A DNA stretch of 64,000 nucleotides from an uncultured Alphaproteobacteria bacterium (GTDB taxonomy: Bacteria; Pseudomonadota; Alphaproteobacteria; Rhodobacterales; Rhodobacteraceae), in NCBI GenBank assembly GCA_902625475.1, contig CACOBR010000005.1, forward strand, positions 9,738 to 73,737, written 5' to 3'. A program made the translations under genes and the position numbers. How positions within the stretch are numbered: position 1 is the stretch's first letter; the number at the start of each line of letters is the position of its first letter. Below, piece after piece: positions 13,218 through 22,781 of the stretch. The notes beneath the pieces were generated by a model. It was not told the origin of the DNA and ran no database searches. It saw nothing but the letters and a program-made list of their open reading frames with translations.

Positions 13218-14336
13218 ATGAATTCATTAGGAATAAATAAAGAACCAAAAAATACAAGAGTGGTTGTTGCAATGTCTGGTGGTGTTGATAGTTCTGTGGT
13301 AGCAGCAAAATTAAAAGCAGAAGGATATGATGTTATCGGAATTACAATGCAATTATATTCTGGTAATGTATCTAATTATAAACCTGGCAAATGTTGTGGA
13401 GGTGTGGATATAAACGATGCTATCAAAGTCTCAAGAGACTTTGATTTTCCTCATTATGTATTTGATTATGAAGACGAATTTAAAAAAAATGTCATTGACG
13501 ATTTTACAAATTCTTATGTTAATGGACTTACTCCTGTTCCATGTATACGTTGTAATGAAACTGTAAAGTTTTCAAATCTTCTCGATGCAGCTAGAAATTT
13601 AAATGCAGACTGCATGGCTACAGGTCATTATGTAAGAAGAAAATTAGGCTTGAATGGTATTGAGTTACATACTGCACTTGATAATAAAAAGGACCAAAGT
13701 TATTTCTTATTTGCGACTACACTTAAACAGTTGGAATTTTTGAGATTTCCACTTGGGGATTACAAATCAAAAGAAACAACTAGATCTTTAGCCGAAAATC
13801 TAGGTCTTAAAGTTGCTAACAAACCTGATAGCCAAGATATTTGTTTTATTACAAAAGGTAAATATTTTGATTTTATACAAAATACAACAAGTGAGTATAT
13901 AAAAGAAGGACCAATATATGACAAAGAAGGACAAAAATTAGGTACACATAAAGGTATCGTAAATTATACAATAGGCCAAAGAAAAGGTTTAGGCATATCT
14001 TCAACTCGTCCTCTTTACGTTACTAAAATTGATGTTAAATCAAACTCAATAATTGTTGGTTATAAATCTGATCTGGTTGGAGAAAAGTTTAAAATTAATA
14101 ATATAAATTGGTTAGGTCATGAAAATTTTAATGATTGCCCTAAAAATGGTTTTTTAGTAGATGTAAAAGTTAGATCAACAAGACCACCTAAAAGTGCTGA
14201 AATATATCCTTTAGATAAAAAAAATGGATTAGTTACTTTAAAGGACCACGAAGAAGCAATTGCACCAGGTCAAGCCTGCGTATTTTATGAACAAAATTCT
14301 TCAAGAGTACTAGGTGGAGGATGGATTACTAATTAA
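13218..14336 (+). CDS. mnmA: tRNA 2-thiouridine(34) synthase MnmA
   Basis: 372 aa. It has the PP-loop VVVAMSGGVDSSV, a catalytic Cys region (PCIRCN) and KDQSYFL. Confidence 0.95.
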   Translation: MNSLGINKEPKNTRVVVAMSGGVDSSVVAAKLKAEGYDVIGITMQLYSGNVSNYKPGKCCGGVDINDAIKVSRDFDFPHYVFDYEDEFKKNVIDDFTNSYVNGLTPVPCIRCNETVKFSNLLDAARNLNADCMATGHYVRRKLGLNGIELHTALDNKKDQSYFLFATTLKQLEFLRFPLGDYKSKETTRSLAENLGLKVANKPDSQDICFITKGKYFDFIQNTTSEYIKEGPIYDKEGQKLGTHKGIVNYTIGQRKGLGISSTRPLYVTKIDVKSNSIIVGYKSDLVGEKFKINNINWLGHENFNDCPKNGFLVDVKVRSTRPPKSAEIYPLDKKNGLVTLKDHEEAIAPGQACVFYEQNSSRVLGGGWITN

Positions 14337-14356
14337 TTAAATAAAGGTTAACAGAA

Positions 14357-15133
14357 ATGTTATTAGTTATATCACCAGCAAAAAAATTAGATTTTTCACC
14401 AGTAGAAATCGAAAATAACTTATCGAAGCCTCTTTTTCAAAAAGACGCTACAAATTTAGCTAATGTAGCATCAAAATTAAGTAAATTGGAGTTAAAACAA
14501 TTAATGTCAATTTCTGATAAATTAGCTGATTTAAATTTTCAAAGATTCCAAAGTTTTAAAAATAATCCAACTGAAATATCTACTAAAGCTGCAGCATTTG
14601 CTTTTAACGGTGATACTTACATAGGGTTGAATATAATGGAATTCTCTAAATTAGATTTAGATTTTTCTCAAAAACACTTAAGAATTTTGTCTGGTTTATA
14701 TGGTTTACTTCGCCCCCTCGATTTAATTCAACCATATAGGCTTGAAATGGGAAGTAACTTAAAAAATAATAGAGGCCATAATTTATACCAATATTGGAGT
14801 GATATTGTTTCAAACAACCTAAATTTGGATCTTGAAAAATCTAAATATAAAAAAATTATAAATTTAGCATCCGTTGAGTATTCAAAAGTTATAAACACTA
14901 AAATAATAAGGGCCGATATTATTAACCCCCAATTTTTAGAAGAAAAAAATAATACTTTAAAAAATATTAGTTTTTTTTCTAAGAAAGCTAGAGGTAGTAT
15001 GGCTAGATTTATATTAAAAAATAAAATACTAAATCACTCTGAAATTAAGGATTTTAATTATGATCGCTATAAATTTAACCCTTCTTTATCTTCTGAATTG
15101 AAGCCTATATTCACAAGAAAATCATTATCTTAA
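14357..15133 (+). CDS. yaaA: YaaA-family (UPF0246/DUF328) peroxide-stress protein
   Basis: 258 aa. The N-terminus MLLVISPAKKLDF and the motif LRILSGLYGLLRPLD are characteristic of the YaaA family. Confidence 0.85.
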   Translation: MLLVISPAKKLDFSPVEIENNLSKPLFQKDATNLANVASKLSKLELKQLMSISDKLADLNFQRFQSFKNNPTEISTKAAAFAFNGDTYIGLNIMEFSKLDLDFSQKHLRILSGLYGLLRPLDLIQPYRLEMGSNLKNNRGHNLYQYWSDIVSNNLNLDLEKSKYKKIINLASVEYSKVINTKIIRADIINPQFLEEKNNTLKNISFFSKKARGSMARFILKNKILNHSEIKDFNYDRYKFNPSLSSELKPIFTRKSLS

Positions 15134-15152
15134 AAAGAATAGTTAATTAAAA

Positions 15153-16529
15153 ATGAATTTAGAAAAAACTTTAAAAAGGTTGGACCAAACAAGGGATGAG
15201 TCTGTATCCAGACTATCTGAACTTCTTAAGTTCAAATCGATATCTACGAATAGTAAATACAAGATTGATTGTATTTCTACAGCGAAATGGCTTGTAAATG
15301 AACTTAATAATATAGGTTTTAATGCTTCATTAAGAGAAACTACAGGAAATCCTATGGTTGTTGCTCACACTACCAAATCAAAAGGAGACTTTTTATTTTA
15401 TGGACATTATGATGTTCAACCTGTTGATCCTTTGAAAGAATGGGAGGATGATCCCTTTGAACCTAAAATTAAATCAATTTCAGGTGAGAAAGTTATTGTG
15501 GCTAGAGGAGCATCTGATGATAAAGGACAACTCATGACCTTTATTGAAGCGTGTAGAGCAATAAATTATGTAAATAATTCATTTCCTATTAACTTATCCA
15601 TTCTTCTAGAAGGAGAAGAAGAAACATCATCTCCTTCTCTTGTTCCATTTCTTAAAAAGAATACCTCTGAGTTAAAGTGTAAATATGCTTTAGTATGTGA
15701 TACTGGTATGTGGGATAAAAAAACTCCCTCTATTACCTGTTCTTTAAGAGGTATGTTATCTGAAGAGATTAGCATTAAAGGGCCTAATCGAGATTTACAT
15801 TCTGGCATTTATGGTGGAGCAGTTAACAACCCATTGAAAGTAATGTCTGATTTGTTATCTAGTTTACACGATAAAGATGGAAAAGTAGATATACCTTACT
15901 TTTACAATGGAGTAGATGCTGTTTCTAAAGAGTTAAAAAAAGAGTGGAAAAAACTTAGCTTCTCAGAAGAAACCTTTTTAAAAAATTTGGGAATGTCTAA
16001 ATCTTTTGGTGAGAAAAATTATTCATTACTAGAAAAATTATGGGGTAGACCTACCTGCGAAATTAATGGTATATGGGGCGGCTATATTGAAGAGGGATTC
16101 AAAACAGTTATTCCATCAGAGGCTCATGCCAAAATTTCATTTAGACTGGTGGGAGATCAAGACCCAGAGGAAATAAGGTTAAATTTTCGAAAAAAGCTGA
16201 TGAACGATTTACCAGTAGATTTTGAAATAAAATTCAGCAACCATAAAGGCTCTAAAGCAACTCAATTCCCACTTAATGATGAAATTATAAATAAAGCTCA
16301 AAAAGCCCTTTCAGACGAATGGAACGCTAAAACCATATTCGAAGGAGGTGGCGGTTCCATACCAATAGTACAACACTTTAAGAATATATTAGATATGGAT
16401 ACCTTACTTGTAGGATTTGCCCTTGATGACGATAATATCCATTCTCCTAATGAAAAATATAATCTCAAAAGCTTCTACAAAGGTGCACGAAGCTGGGTTA
16501 GAATAATTGATGAAATTGCTAAAAACTAA
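15153..16529 (+). CDS. M20-family metallopeptidase (dipeptidase-like)
   Basis: 458 aa. It has M20 metal/catalytic motifs (GHYDVQPVD, RGASDDKGQ, EGEEE) and the dimerisation-domain length typical of M20 dipeptidases. Confidence 0.85.
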   Translation: MNLEKTLKRLDQTRDESVSRLSELLKFKSISTNSKYKIDCISTAKWLVNELNNIGFNASLRETTGNPMVVAHTTKSKGDFLFYGHYDVQPVDPLKEWEDDPFEPKIKSISGEKVIVARGASDDKGQLMTFIEACRAINYVNNSFPINLSILLEGEEETSSPSLVPFLKKNTSELKCKYALVCDTGMWDKKTPSITCSLRGMLSEEISIKGPNRDLHSGIYGGAVNNPLKVMSDLLSSLHDKDGKVDIPYFYNGVDAVSKELKKEWKKLSFSEETFLKNLGMSKSFGEKNYSLLEKLWGRPTCEINGIWGGYIEEGFKTVIPSEAHAKISFRLVGDQDPEEIRLNFRKKLMNDLPVDFEIKFSNHKGSKATQFPLNDEIINKAQKALSDEWNAKTIFEGGGGSIPIVQHFKNILDMDTLLVGFALDDDNIHSPNEKYNLKSFYKGARSWVRIIDEIAKN

Positions 16530-16555
16530 AATATAAAGAAACTTCCATTAGAGAT

Positions 16556-16590
16556 ATTTTATAAAGATTTAATTAATTTTATAAAGATTT
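16556..16590. repeat. Two perfect 15-bp direct repeats ATTTTATAAAGATTT with 20-nt period
   Basis: Read directly: copies at 16556-16570 and 16576-16590, in the 72-nt convergent spacer between the M20 peptidase and the methyltransferase. Confidence 0.6.
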
Positions 16591-16601
16591 TAGAAAGTTT
16601 T

Positions 16602-17438
16602 TTATTTTTTTGCAGAAACTCTTATACCTGCTAATTTTCCTCCACTTAAGTACCTCATGGCAAATGAATAAAAGTAAAGCATGTTTTGAACTATAATTTT
16701 ATTATGTACTCTAGTATGTCTATCAATATTATCCTGATAATTTTTATGCCTATCTCTAGTAAATTTAATCCAACTACTAGTCATATCTTCAATAAATATA
16801 TTTGAAAAACCAGCTACTTTTAGATCTGTTTCATATTGAGATAAACTTACTAAGTAATTCGCAAAAAAATCATTTGAAAGTTCTAATTTTTCATTATCAT
16901 CGAATGGTTTAAAAAATGCAAAATCTTCAACATAGAAATGACCATTGGGTTTTAATAAATTTAAACAATTGTTTAGTAATTTTTTTCTGTCAGGAATATG
17001 GTATAAAGCTAGCCAACTAACTACTATAGTATAATTATTTTCGGGAAAACCTAATTTTAAAAAATCACCACATATGTGTTCAACTTTACTATCTAGATTG
17101 CATCTTTTTGTAAGATAAACAGCAGCATCATTATGATCTTCTTGAAGTTCAACTGCAGTAATATTAGCACCAGTTTTTTTTGCTAAATATCTAGCTGGCC
17201 CACCTAATCCAGAACCAATTTCTAATATTTTAGACTTATCATTAATATTAAATTTTTTTATTGCAAAATCAATAGCTTGCGTACCATGATAATGCAACTG
17301 GTCAAAAGAAGACAATTCATTTACTGACAATTGTCCACTAGTTTCTTTACCTAATTCCCTTAATTCATTATAAACCCTATCAACAAAGTTGTACAACTTC
17401 ATTGATTTGATATTGTAATTTTTCATATTTGAGACCAA
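16602..17438 (-). CDS. Class I SAM-dependent methyltransferase (SDMT/PEAMT-like architecture)
   Basis: 278 aa. The SAM motif I is ILEIGSGLGGPARYLA, preceded by FDQLHYHG, and a long C-terminal substrate domain follows. Its length and layout resemble small-molecule N-methyltransferases. The substrate is unknown. Confidence 0.8.
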   Translation of the reverse strand: MVSNMKNYNIKSMKLYNFVDRVYNELRELGKETSGQLSVNELSSFDQLHYHGTQAIDFAIKKFNINDKSKILEIGSGLGGPARYLAKKTGANITAVELQEDHNDAAVYLTKRCNLDSKVEHICGDFLKLGFPENNYTIVVSWLALYHIPDRKKLLNNCLNLLKPNGHFYVEDFAFFKPFDDNEKLELSNDFFANYLVSLSQYETDLKVAGFSNIFIEDMTSSWIKFTRDRHKNYQDNIDRHTRVHNKIIVQNMLYFYSFAMRYLSGGKLAGIRVSAKK

Positions 17439-17536
17439 TTAATATTCCTAACAATGGTAAAGTTACTTTTTTTCTTTTGATTCTTACACCAAAATATTTT
17501 TATACTTTAAACATAATTAAATTTAGAAAGTTATAA

Positions 17537-18163
17537 ATGACAAATTTTGAGGAAAACACTGCTTTAATAATAATAGATATTCAAAATGATTTTTGTCCAG
17601 GTGGCGCTCTTGCGGTAAGAGAAGGAAATGAGATTGTAGAAGTTGCAAATAAATTACAAGAAAAATTTAAAGTAAAAATTGCTACTCAGGATTGGCATCC
17701 ACCTAATCATTCATCTTTTGCTTCTAATCATTTGGATAAGTTACCTTTTTCAACTACTGAAATGTTTTACGGTACTCAAGTATTGTGGCCAGATCACTGT
17801 ATACAAGGAAAAAAGGGGGCAGAATTTCATCCAAAACTAATGACAAAAAGTACAAACTTAATCATTAGAAAAGGTTTTAAAACTGAAATAGATAGTTATT
17901 CTGCTTTTTTTGATAATGATCATAAAACACCAACTGGATTAGGTGGATATCTGAAGGCAAGAGGAATAGATTCTATTTATCTTTGCGGATTAGCTTTAGA
18001 TTTTTGTGTTTATTTTTCGGCAATTGACGGAGTTGATTTAGATTTTAAAGTATATGTGGTAAAAGATGCTTGCCGAGCCATTGACTTAGACGGATCACTT
18101 GAAATGGCAATTAATGACATGAAAAATAAAGGAGTTAATTTAGTTGTCTCCAATGAGTTATAA
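17537..18163 (+). CDS. pncA: Nicotinamidase/pyrazinamidase (isochorismatase fold)
   Basis: 208 aa. Motifs seen: ALIIIDIQNDFCPGGALAV, QDWHPPNH, and LCGLALDFCV with the catalytic Cys. Confidence 0.88.
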   Translation: MTNFEENTALIIIDIQNDFCPGGALAVREGNEIVEVANKLQEKFKVKIATQDWHPPNHSSFASNHLDKLPFSTTEMFYGTQVLWPDHCIQGKKGAEFHPKLMTKSTNLIIRKGFKTEIDSYSAFFDNDHKTPTGLGGYLKARGIDSIYLCGLALDFCVYFSAIDGVDLDFKVYVVKDACRAIDLDGSLEMAINDMKNKGVNLVVSNEL

Positions 18164-18165
18164 AT

Positions 18166-18867
18166 TTATAATCCTATAAAACTATATATTTTTTTTAATG
18201 TTGTTTTGTTTTTTAATTCTTTTGAAGATGCAGAAAATATTTTCGAACCATTTTCAATAATTATTACTTCATCTGCAACTGGTAAAATTGCCTCTACTCT
18301 TTGTTCAACAAGCAGTATGGAAACTCCTTGGTTTTTAAGCTCTAGAATACTCTTTCTTATCAAAGATATCATTGACGGTTGTAATCCTTCAGTAGGTTCG
18401 TCCAATAGTAATAAGTTTGGCTCAATACAGAGAGCTCTCGCTAAAGCTAGCATTTGTTGCTCACCTCCAGACAGTGTTCCAGAAATTTGGTTAATTCTCT
18501 CTTTAAGTTTTGGGAACATATTAAGAACTTTTTCCTTAGTTTTCTCTCCTTTTCTTCTTGTCAAAAGACCTATTTCTAAGTTTTCTTCAACAGTTAATTC
18601 CGAAAAAAGTCTTCTGCCTTGAGGGACATATCCAATACCTTTTTTAGGAATAAAGTGCGCAGAAACTCCTGACAATTTCACGTCATTAAACAGTATTAAT
18701 CCTTTTGTGTGATCTACCAAACCCATAATTGATTTGAGAATAGTTGTTTTACCAGCACCATTTCTACCAAGAAGACAAAGAACTTGACCTTGATTTAAAT
18801 TAAATGAAATTTCATTTAAAATTTTTATATTAGCATAATATGATGCTAAATTATCAACGACTAGCAT
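18166..18867 (-). CDS. HAAT-family ABC transporter ATP-binding protein (LivF-like)
   Basis: 233 aa. It has Walker A GRNGAGKTT, signature LSGGEQQ and Walker B LLLDEP. It is the last gene of the 5-gene operon. Confidence 0.9.
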   Translation of the reverse strand: MLVVDNLASYYANIKILNEISFNLNQGQVLCLLGRNGAGKTTILKSIMGLVDHTKGLILFNDVKLSGVSAHFIPKKGIGYVPQGRRLFSELTVEENLEIGLLTRRKGEKTKEKVLNMFPKLKERINQISGTLSGGEQQMLALARALCIEPNLLLLDEPTEGLQPSMISLIRKSILELKNQGVSILLVEQRVEAILPVADEVIIIENGSKIFSASSKELKNKTTLKKIYSFIGL

Positions 18868-19583
18868 TAATCCCCCAAATATGCTTTTTGAACTAAAGGA
18901 TCACTTTGTATTGAATGTTTATCTCCCTCTGAAATAATTTTTCCAAAATGAAGTACTGTTATTTTGTCAGCAATTGACATTACAACATCCATATTGTGTT
19001 CTATCAATAAAACAGTCATAGTCTCAGAGAAATCTTTAATAAGTTTTTTAAAATTTTCAATTTCTACATCTGACAGTCCTTGTGTTGGTTCGTCTAAAAT
19101 TAATAACTTTGGTCTCTGTGCCATTCCCATCGCTAATTCTAGTAACCTTTGATGTCCATAACTTAAGTCACCACTTCTTTGGTAAACTCTATCTAAAAGA
19201 TCAACTTTATTTAAAACTTCAGATATAATACTTCTTTCTTCTTTATTTCTCCTATTTTTTATTGATAAAGCAACATTTTCATAAACAGTTAAATTAGAAA
19301 AAATTGAAGTAATTTGAAAAGTATATCCAATACCACTAGAAATCCTGTTATAAACAGGAAGATTTGAAATGTCTGATCCATTAAAAAAAACTTTACCATT
19401 AGATGCTCTTATCCTTCCACAAAGCAGTGATACAAAAGTTGTTTTCCCTGCACCGTTAGGACCAATTAAAGCTCTAATTTCATTTTTATTTATCTTAAAG
19501 TTTACTTTATCTACAGCAGTAATACCTTGAAAATTCTTACTCAAATTTTCTGTATACAATAATTCATCATTTAAGCTATCCAT
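18867..19583 (-). CDS. HAAT-family ABC transporter ATP-binding protein (LivG-like)
   Basis: 238 aa. It has Walker A GPNGAGKTT, the LSYGHQR signature variant and Walker B LILDEP. Its stop abuts the start of the downstream ATPase gene. Confidence 0.9.
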   Translation of the reverse strand: MDSLNDELLYTENLSKNFQGITAVDKVNFKINKNEIRALIGPNGAGKTTFVSLLCGRIRASNGKVFFNGSDISNLPVYNRISSGIGYTFQITSIFSNLTVYENVALSIKNRRNKEERSIISEVLNKVDLLDRVYQRSGDLSYGHQRLLELAMGMAQRPKLLILDEPTQGLSDVEIENFKKLIKDFSETMTVLLIEHNMDVVMSIADKITVLHFGKIISEGDKHSIQSDPLVQKAYLGD

Positions 19584-20512
19584 TTATAAAACCTATATCT
19601 TAATTCTCCCAATATACCACGTCTTGCAAATAAAGTTACAAATAGAAGAGCAACACCTACAATTATCATATAGGCATCAGTAATATCGCTTGCATAATCA
19701 ATTAAATAAAACATAAAAATTGCCCCTATAAGTGGTCCTAAAACTGTTCCTGCCCCTCCGATTAAGACCCATAACAGAGGGAAAATTGAATACGAAACAG
19801 CTGCAAAACTAGCACCCACATATCCAAATAAAATACCATAAGATGCACCTGCCAAACCAGAAATAGTTCCAGAAATAATTATGGAAAATAATTTATACAA
19901 TTTGACATTATAACCTAGCATCAGAGCTCGCTCACTATTTTCTCTAATTGCTACTAAAACTCTACCAAACGGACTTTTTGCTATCCACAAATTAGTCAAC
20001 ATACATAGAGAAAAAATTAAAAGAGCAGAATAATATCTAATTGTGGGATTAGATAAATCCATTGAAAGAAAAACTCTACTAGATTGTTGAATAACAAATC
20101 CTTCATCACCTCTTGTAATACTACCAAAATATAAAATACTTAAATAAGCAATTTGAGAAAACATTAAGGTTACTATCATGAAGGAAACGCCTATTGTTCT
20201 TAAAGCAAGAAAACCTATTATCAAGGAAATCAATGCAGAAATGCAAATAGCAAGTAATAAAGATTGCTCAATATTATAATCTAAATGATAAATTGAAAGA
20301 CCTGAGGCATAAAGACCTGCTGAAAAAAATAAAGCATGCCCCAAGCTCAAAAGCCCTGTGTAACCAAATAAAATATTATAACCCACACCATAAGCTGCTA
20401 GAACTAAAATTCTAGCAAAATTACCTTGGTGATATTCAGAAAAAATTCCTAACATTTCAAATAAAAAAAGGGTTGCTAAGGCACTTAGATGAAGAATTAT
20501 ATTTTTTCTCAT
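19571..20512 (-). CDS. HAAT-family ABC transporter permease (LivM-like)
   Basis: 313 aa and polytopic, with the BPD_transp_2-like pattern GYTGLLSLGHALFF. It overlaps its neighbours by 13 and 4 nt. Confidence 0.88.
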   Translation of the reverse strand: MRKNIILHLSALATLFLFEMLGIFSEYHQGNFARILVLAAYGVGYNILFGYTGLLSLGHALFFSAGLYASGLSIYHLDYNIEQSLLLAICISALISLIIGFLALRTIGVSFMIVTLMFSQIAYLSILYFGSITRGDEGFVIQQSSRVFLSMDLSNPTIRYYSALLIFSLCMLTNLWIAKSPFGRVLVAIRENSERALMLGYNVKLYKLFSIIISGTISGLAGASYGILFGYVGASFAAVSYSIFPLLWVLIGGAGTVLGPLIGAIFMFYLIDYASDITDAYMIIVGVALLFVTLFARRGILGELRYRFYKWIA

Positions 20513-21390
20513 GTTTTAGTCGTTCCAAATAATCCATTTGGCTTGATGATTAATACCACTACAACTAATAAAGTTGCTAAAATCTTTGCTATATTTGGTG
20601 AAAAAAATACAGAAATTATTCCATCACTCATACCAATTAATATAGCTGCTGCTACAGTTCCTTTTAGACTTCCTAAACCACCAATGATAACTACAATAAA
20701 TGCAAGTAACAGAGGCTCACCACCCATTAAATAGTGAGCCTGTTGAATAGGTACTATTAATACTGCTCCTACTGCTGCTATAGCCGCTCCCAACCCAAAA
20801 ACTATATTATATACTCTAGATATCGGTATCCCGAATGCTTGAGCAATTTCGCTATCTAATTGTGTGGCTCTTAAAATTAGTCCAAATTTCGTTTTAGTCA
20901 TTACTAACCATATAGTAATCAGAAGTATTATAGCTGATAAAATAACAAAAAATTTATATGCTGAAAAACCAAACCAATATAAATCTAATCTTATATTAAA
21001 TGGTTGTTCTACTGGTCTTGCATCAGGACCAAAAGTCATTAATGCAAATTGCTGTATGATATATAATATTCCAATTGTTGCAATTATTGTTGCTTCAGGA
21101 TCATATTTTAAATGCCTTAAAATCAACCAGTCACTAAAAACAGCCGTAATTCCAACAATAAAGGGAACTACTAATAAAGCTAATAAAAAACCAATCGCAG
21201 GGTTACCTGAAACTAAGCTTGATACCCACCATGTAATTATAGCACCAAGCATGAAAAACTCTCCATGGGCAACGTTTACTATCCTCATAACCCCAAATAC
21301 TAGACTTAATCCTAAAGCTATAAGTGATAAAACAGCCGCATGCACCAAGCCTTCTAAAGAGGCGAAGAGTAAATAAGGCCCTAACTCCAT
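20509..21390 (-). CDS. HAAT-family ABC transporter permease (LivH-like)
   Basis: 293 aa and polytopic, with the motif RIVNVAHGEFFMLGA. Confidence 0.88.
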   Translation of the reverse strand: MELGPYLLFASLEGLVHAAVLSLIALGLSLVFGVMRIVNVAHGEFFMLGAIITWWVSSLVSGNPAIGFLLALLVVPFIVGITAVFSDWLILRHLKYDPEATIIATIGILYIIQQFALMTFGPDARPVEQPFNIRLDLYWFGFSAYKFFVILSAIILLITIWLVMTKTKFGLILRATQLDSEIAQAFGIPISRVYNIVFGLGAAIAAVGAVLIVPIQQAHYLMGGEPLLLAFIVVIIGGLGSLKGTVAAAILIGMSDGIISVFFSPNIAKILATLLVVVVLIIKPNGLFGTTKT

Positions 21391-21410
21391 TATAATTTTT
21401 GACTATAACA

Positions 21411-22697
21411 CTAAAATGATTGTTTAGTATAATCAACTTCGTCAGGATAAAATGTGTCTTCAATAGATGTAGTATGAGCAAGAACTAGTTTACCATTAGT
21501 CATTTTAGTAATGTATTGATGACCAAATGTTTGATGTGTCTTTCCATTAAATATTTTTGCCCCTTGTGGATGAGCTTGAGACAACGGCATATTTTTCATA
21601 CTTTCAACGGCTTCTATTAACTTAGATCTATCTTTAACATTTGAATATCCCGATTCTTCCATCCCCTTTTTAATTATATGTAATGTTTCCCAGCATCCAA
21701 ACATATGTGCGTAAGTGGAAACATCTTTAGGGTCTGAAACTGATGCACCGTTTTTATCGACACCTACGGCGCTTCTATAAAATTGATCATGATCTGTCTG
21801 GTTATCTTGAGCGTATCTAGGGTTTCCCTCCCAAAAATAACTACCATCTAAAAATTCTAACCCAGGAGTGTTTAAATCAACAGCTTCAACACTATCGATA
21901 AAACCAAAAAGTTTAGGACCTTTAGATCCATAAAATTCTCCTAATTCCTTAACAAATGTTAAAACTGCAGGACCTACCATAACATGATAAAGGACTTCTG
22001 TATCTCTTGGTATTTTTGGAAAATATTTAGAAAAGCTGGATTCTGTTGGCGGAATTGGGACTTTAGCAATTATTTCACCACCTCGGGCTTCAAATGCTGC
22101 TGAAAAATAATCCCTATGATCATGACCAAAAGCAAAATCTGGATAAACCATAGTTACTTTTTTACCTAAATTATCTTTCACGAAAGGTGCCATGGCTTGT
22201 ACCTGACTCTTTACATCCGTAATTCCTGGCTGAAGCGTATATCTATTAAGCATACCTGATGCTACATGATGACCTTCAGAAACAACAAAATATGGTAATT
22301 TTAGTTCACCAGCTCTTGGGGCTGAACCGATAACAACATGAGAAAAAAGAGTACCAAAAGCAACATCACAATTGTGTTGATTAGCAAATTTTTCAAGAGC
22401 TTCAGCACCTCTCTTTGGATCTGTTCCATCATCTTCTGATATAATCTCAACTGGGCGACCATTTATACCACCTGAATCATTAATAATTTTTACAGCTGCT
22501 TGAGTTGTTCTGTCGTACCATCTTCCATATGCTGCACCTATACCAGTTCTGTGAACTTGGAAACCTATTCTTATTGGTGCAGAACTTGACGCCTGACTAT
22601 AGTTTACAAAACCAGGCATAACCGCAACAGTTCCTGCAGCAGCAACACTTTTCATTAATTTTCTTCTAGAAAAATTATTTTTTGAATTTTTTTTCAT
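21411..22697 (-). CDS. Periplasmic substrate-binding protein of the HAAT (Leu/Ile/Val/amide-type) family with Tat-like signal
   Basis: 428 aa. It has an N-terminal SRRKLMK twin-arginine motif plus a hydrophobic stretch ending in ASS, and type-I PBP-like length. It is the first gene of the transporter operon. The ligand is not inferable. Confidence 0.85.
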   Translation of the reverse strand: MKKNSKNNFSRRKLMKSVAAAGTVAVMPGFVNYSQASSSAPIRIGFQVHRTGIGAAYGRWYDRTTQAAVKIINDSGGINGRPVEIISEDDGTDPKRGAEALEKFANQHNCDVAFGTLFSHVVIGSAPRAGELKLPYFVVSEGHHVASGMLNRYTLQPGITDVKSQVQAMAPFVKDNLGKKVTMVYPDFAFGHDHRDYFSAAFEARGGEIIAKVPIPPTESSFSKYFPKIPRDTEVLYHVMVGPAVLTFVKELGEFYGSKGPKLFGFIDSVEAVDLNTPGLEFLDGSYFWEGNPRYAQDNQTDHDQFYRSAVGVDKNGASVSDPKDVSTYAHMFGCWETLHIIKKGMEESGYSNVKDRSKLIEAVESMKNMPLSQAHPQGAKIFNGKTHQTFGHQYITKMTNGKLVLAHTTSIEDTFYPDEVDYTKQSF

Positions 22698-22781
22698 CTC
22701 TTAATTCCGTTTGATTATAAATAGGACACTTTTCTAATAAAATACAAAAATAATTTCTTGTCTAGTTATAATAAAATATTT

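Noticed and set aside
21203-21481. A 92-aa ORF spanning the junction between the binding-protein gene and livH.
   Set aside because: It overlaps two confident genes on the same strand in another frame, and its product has no motifs. It is spurious.
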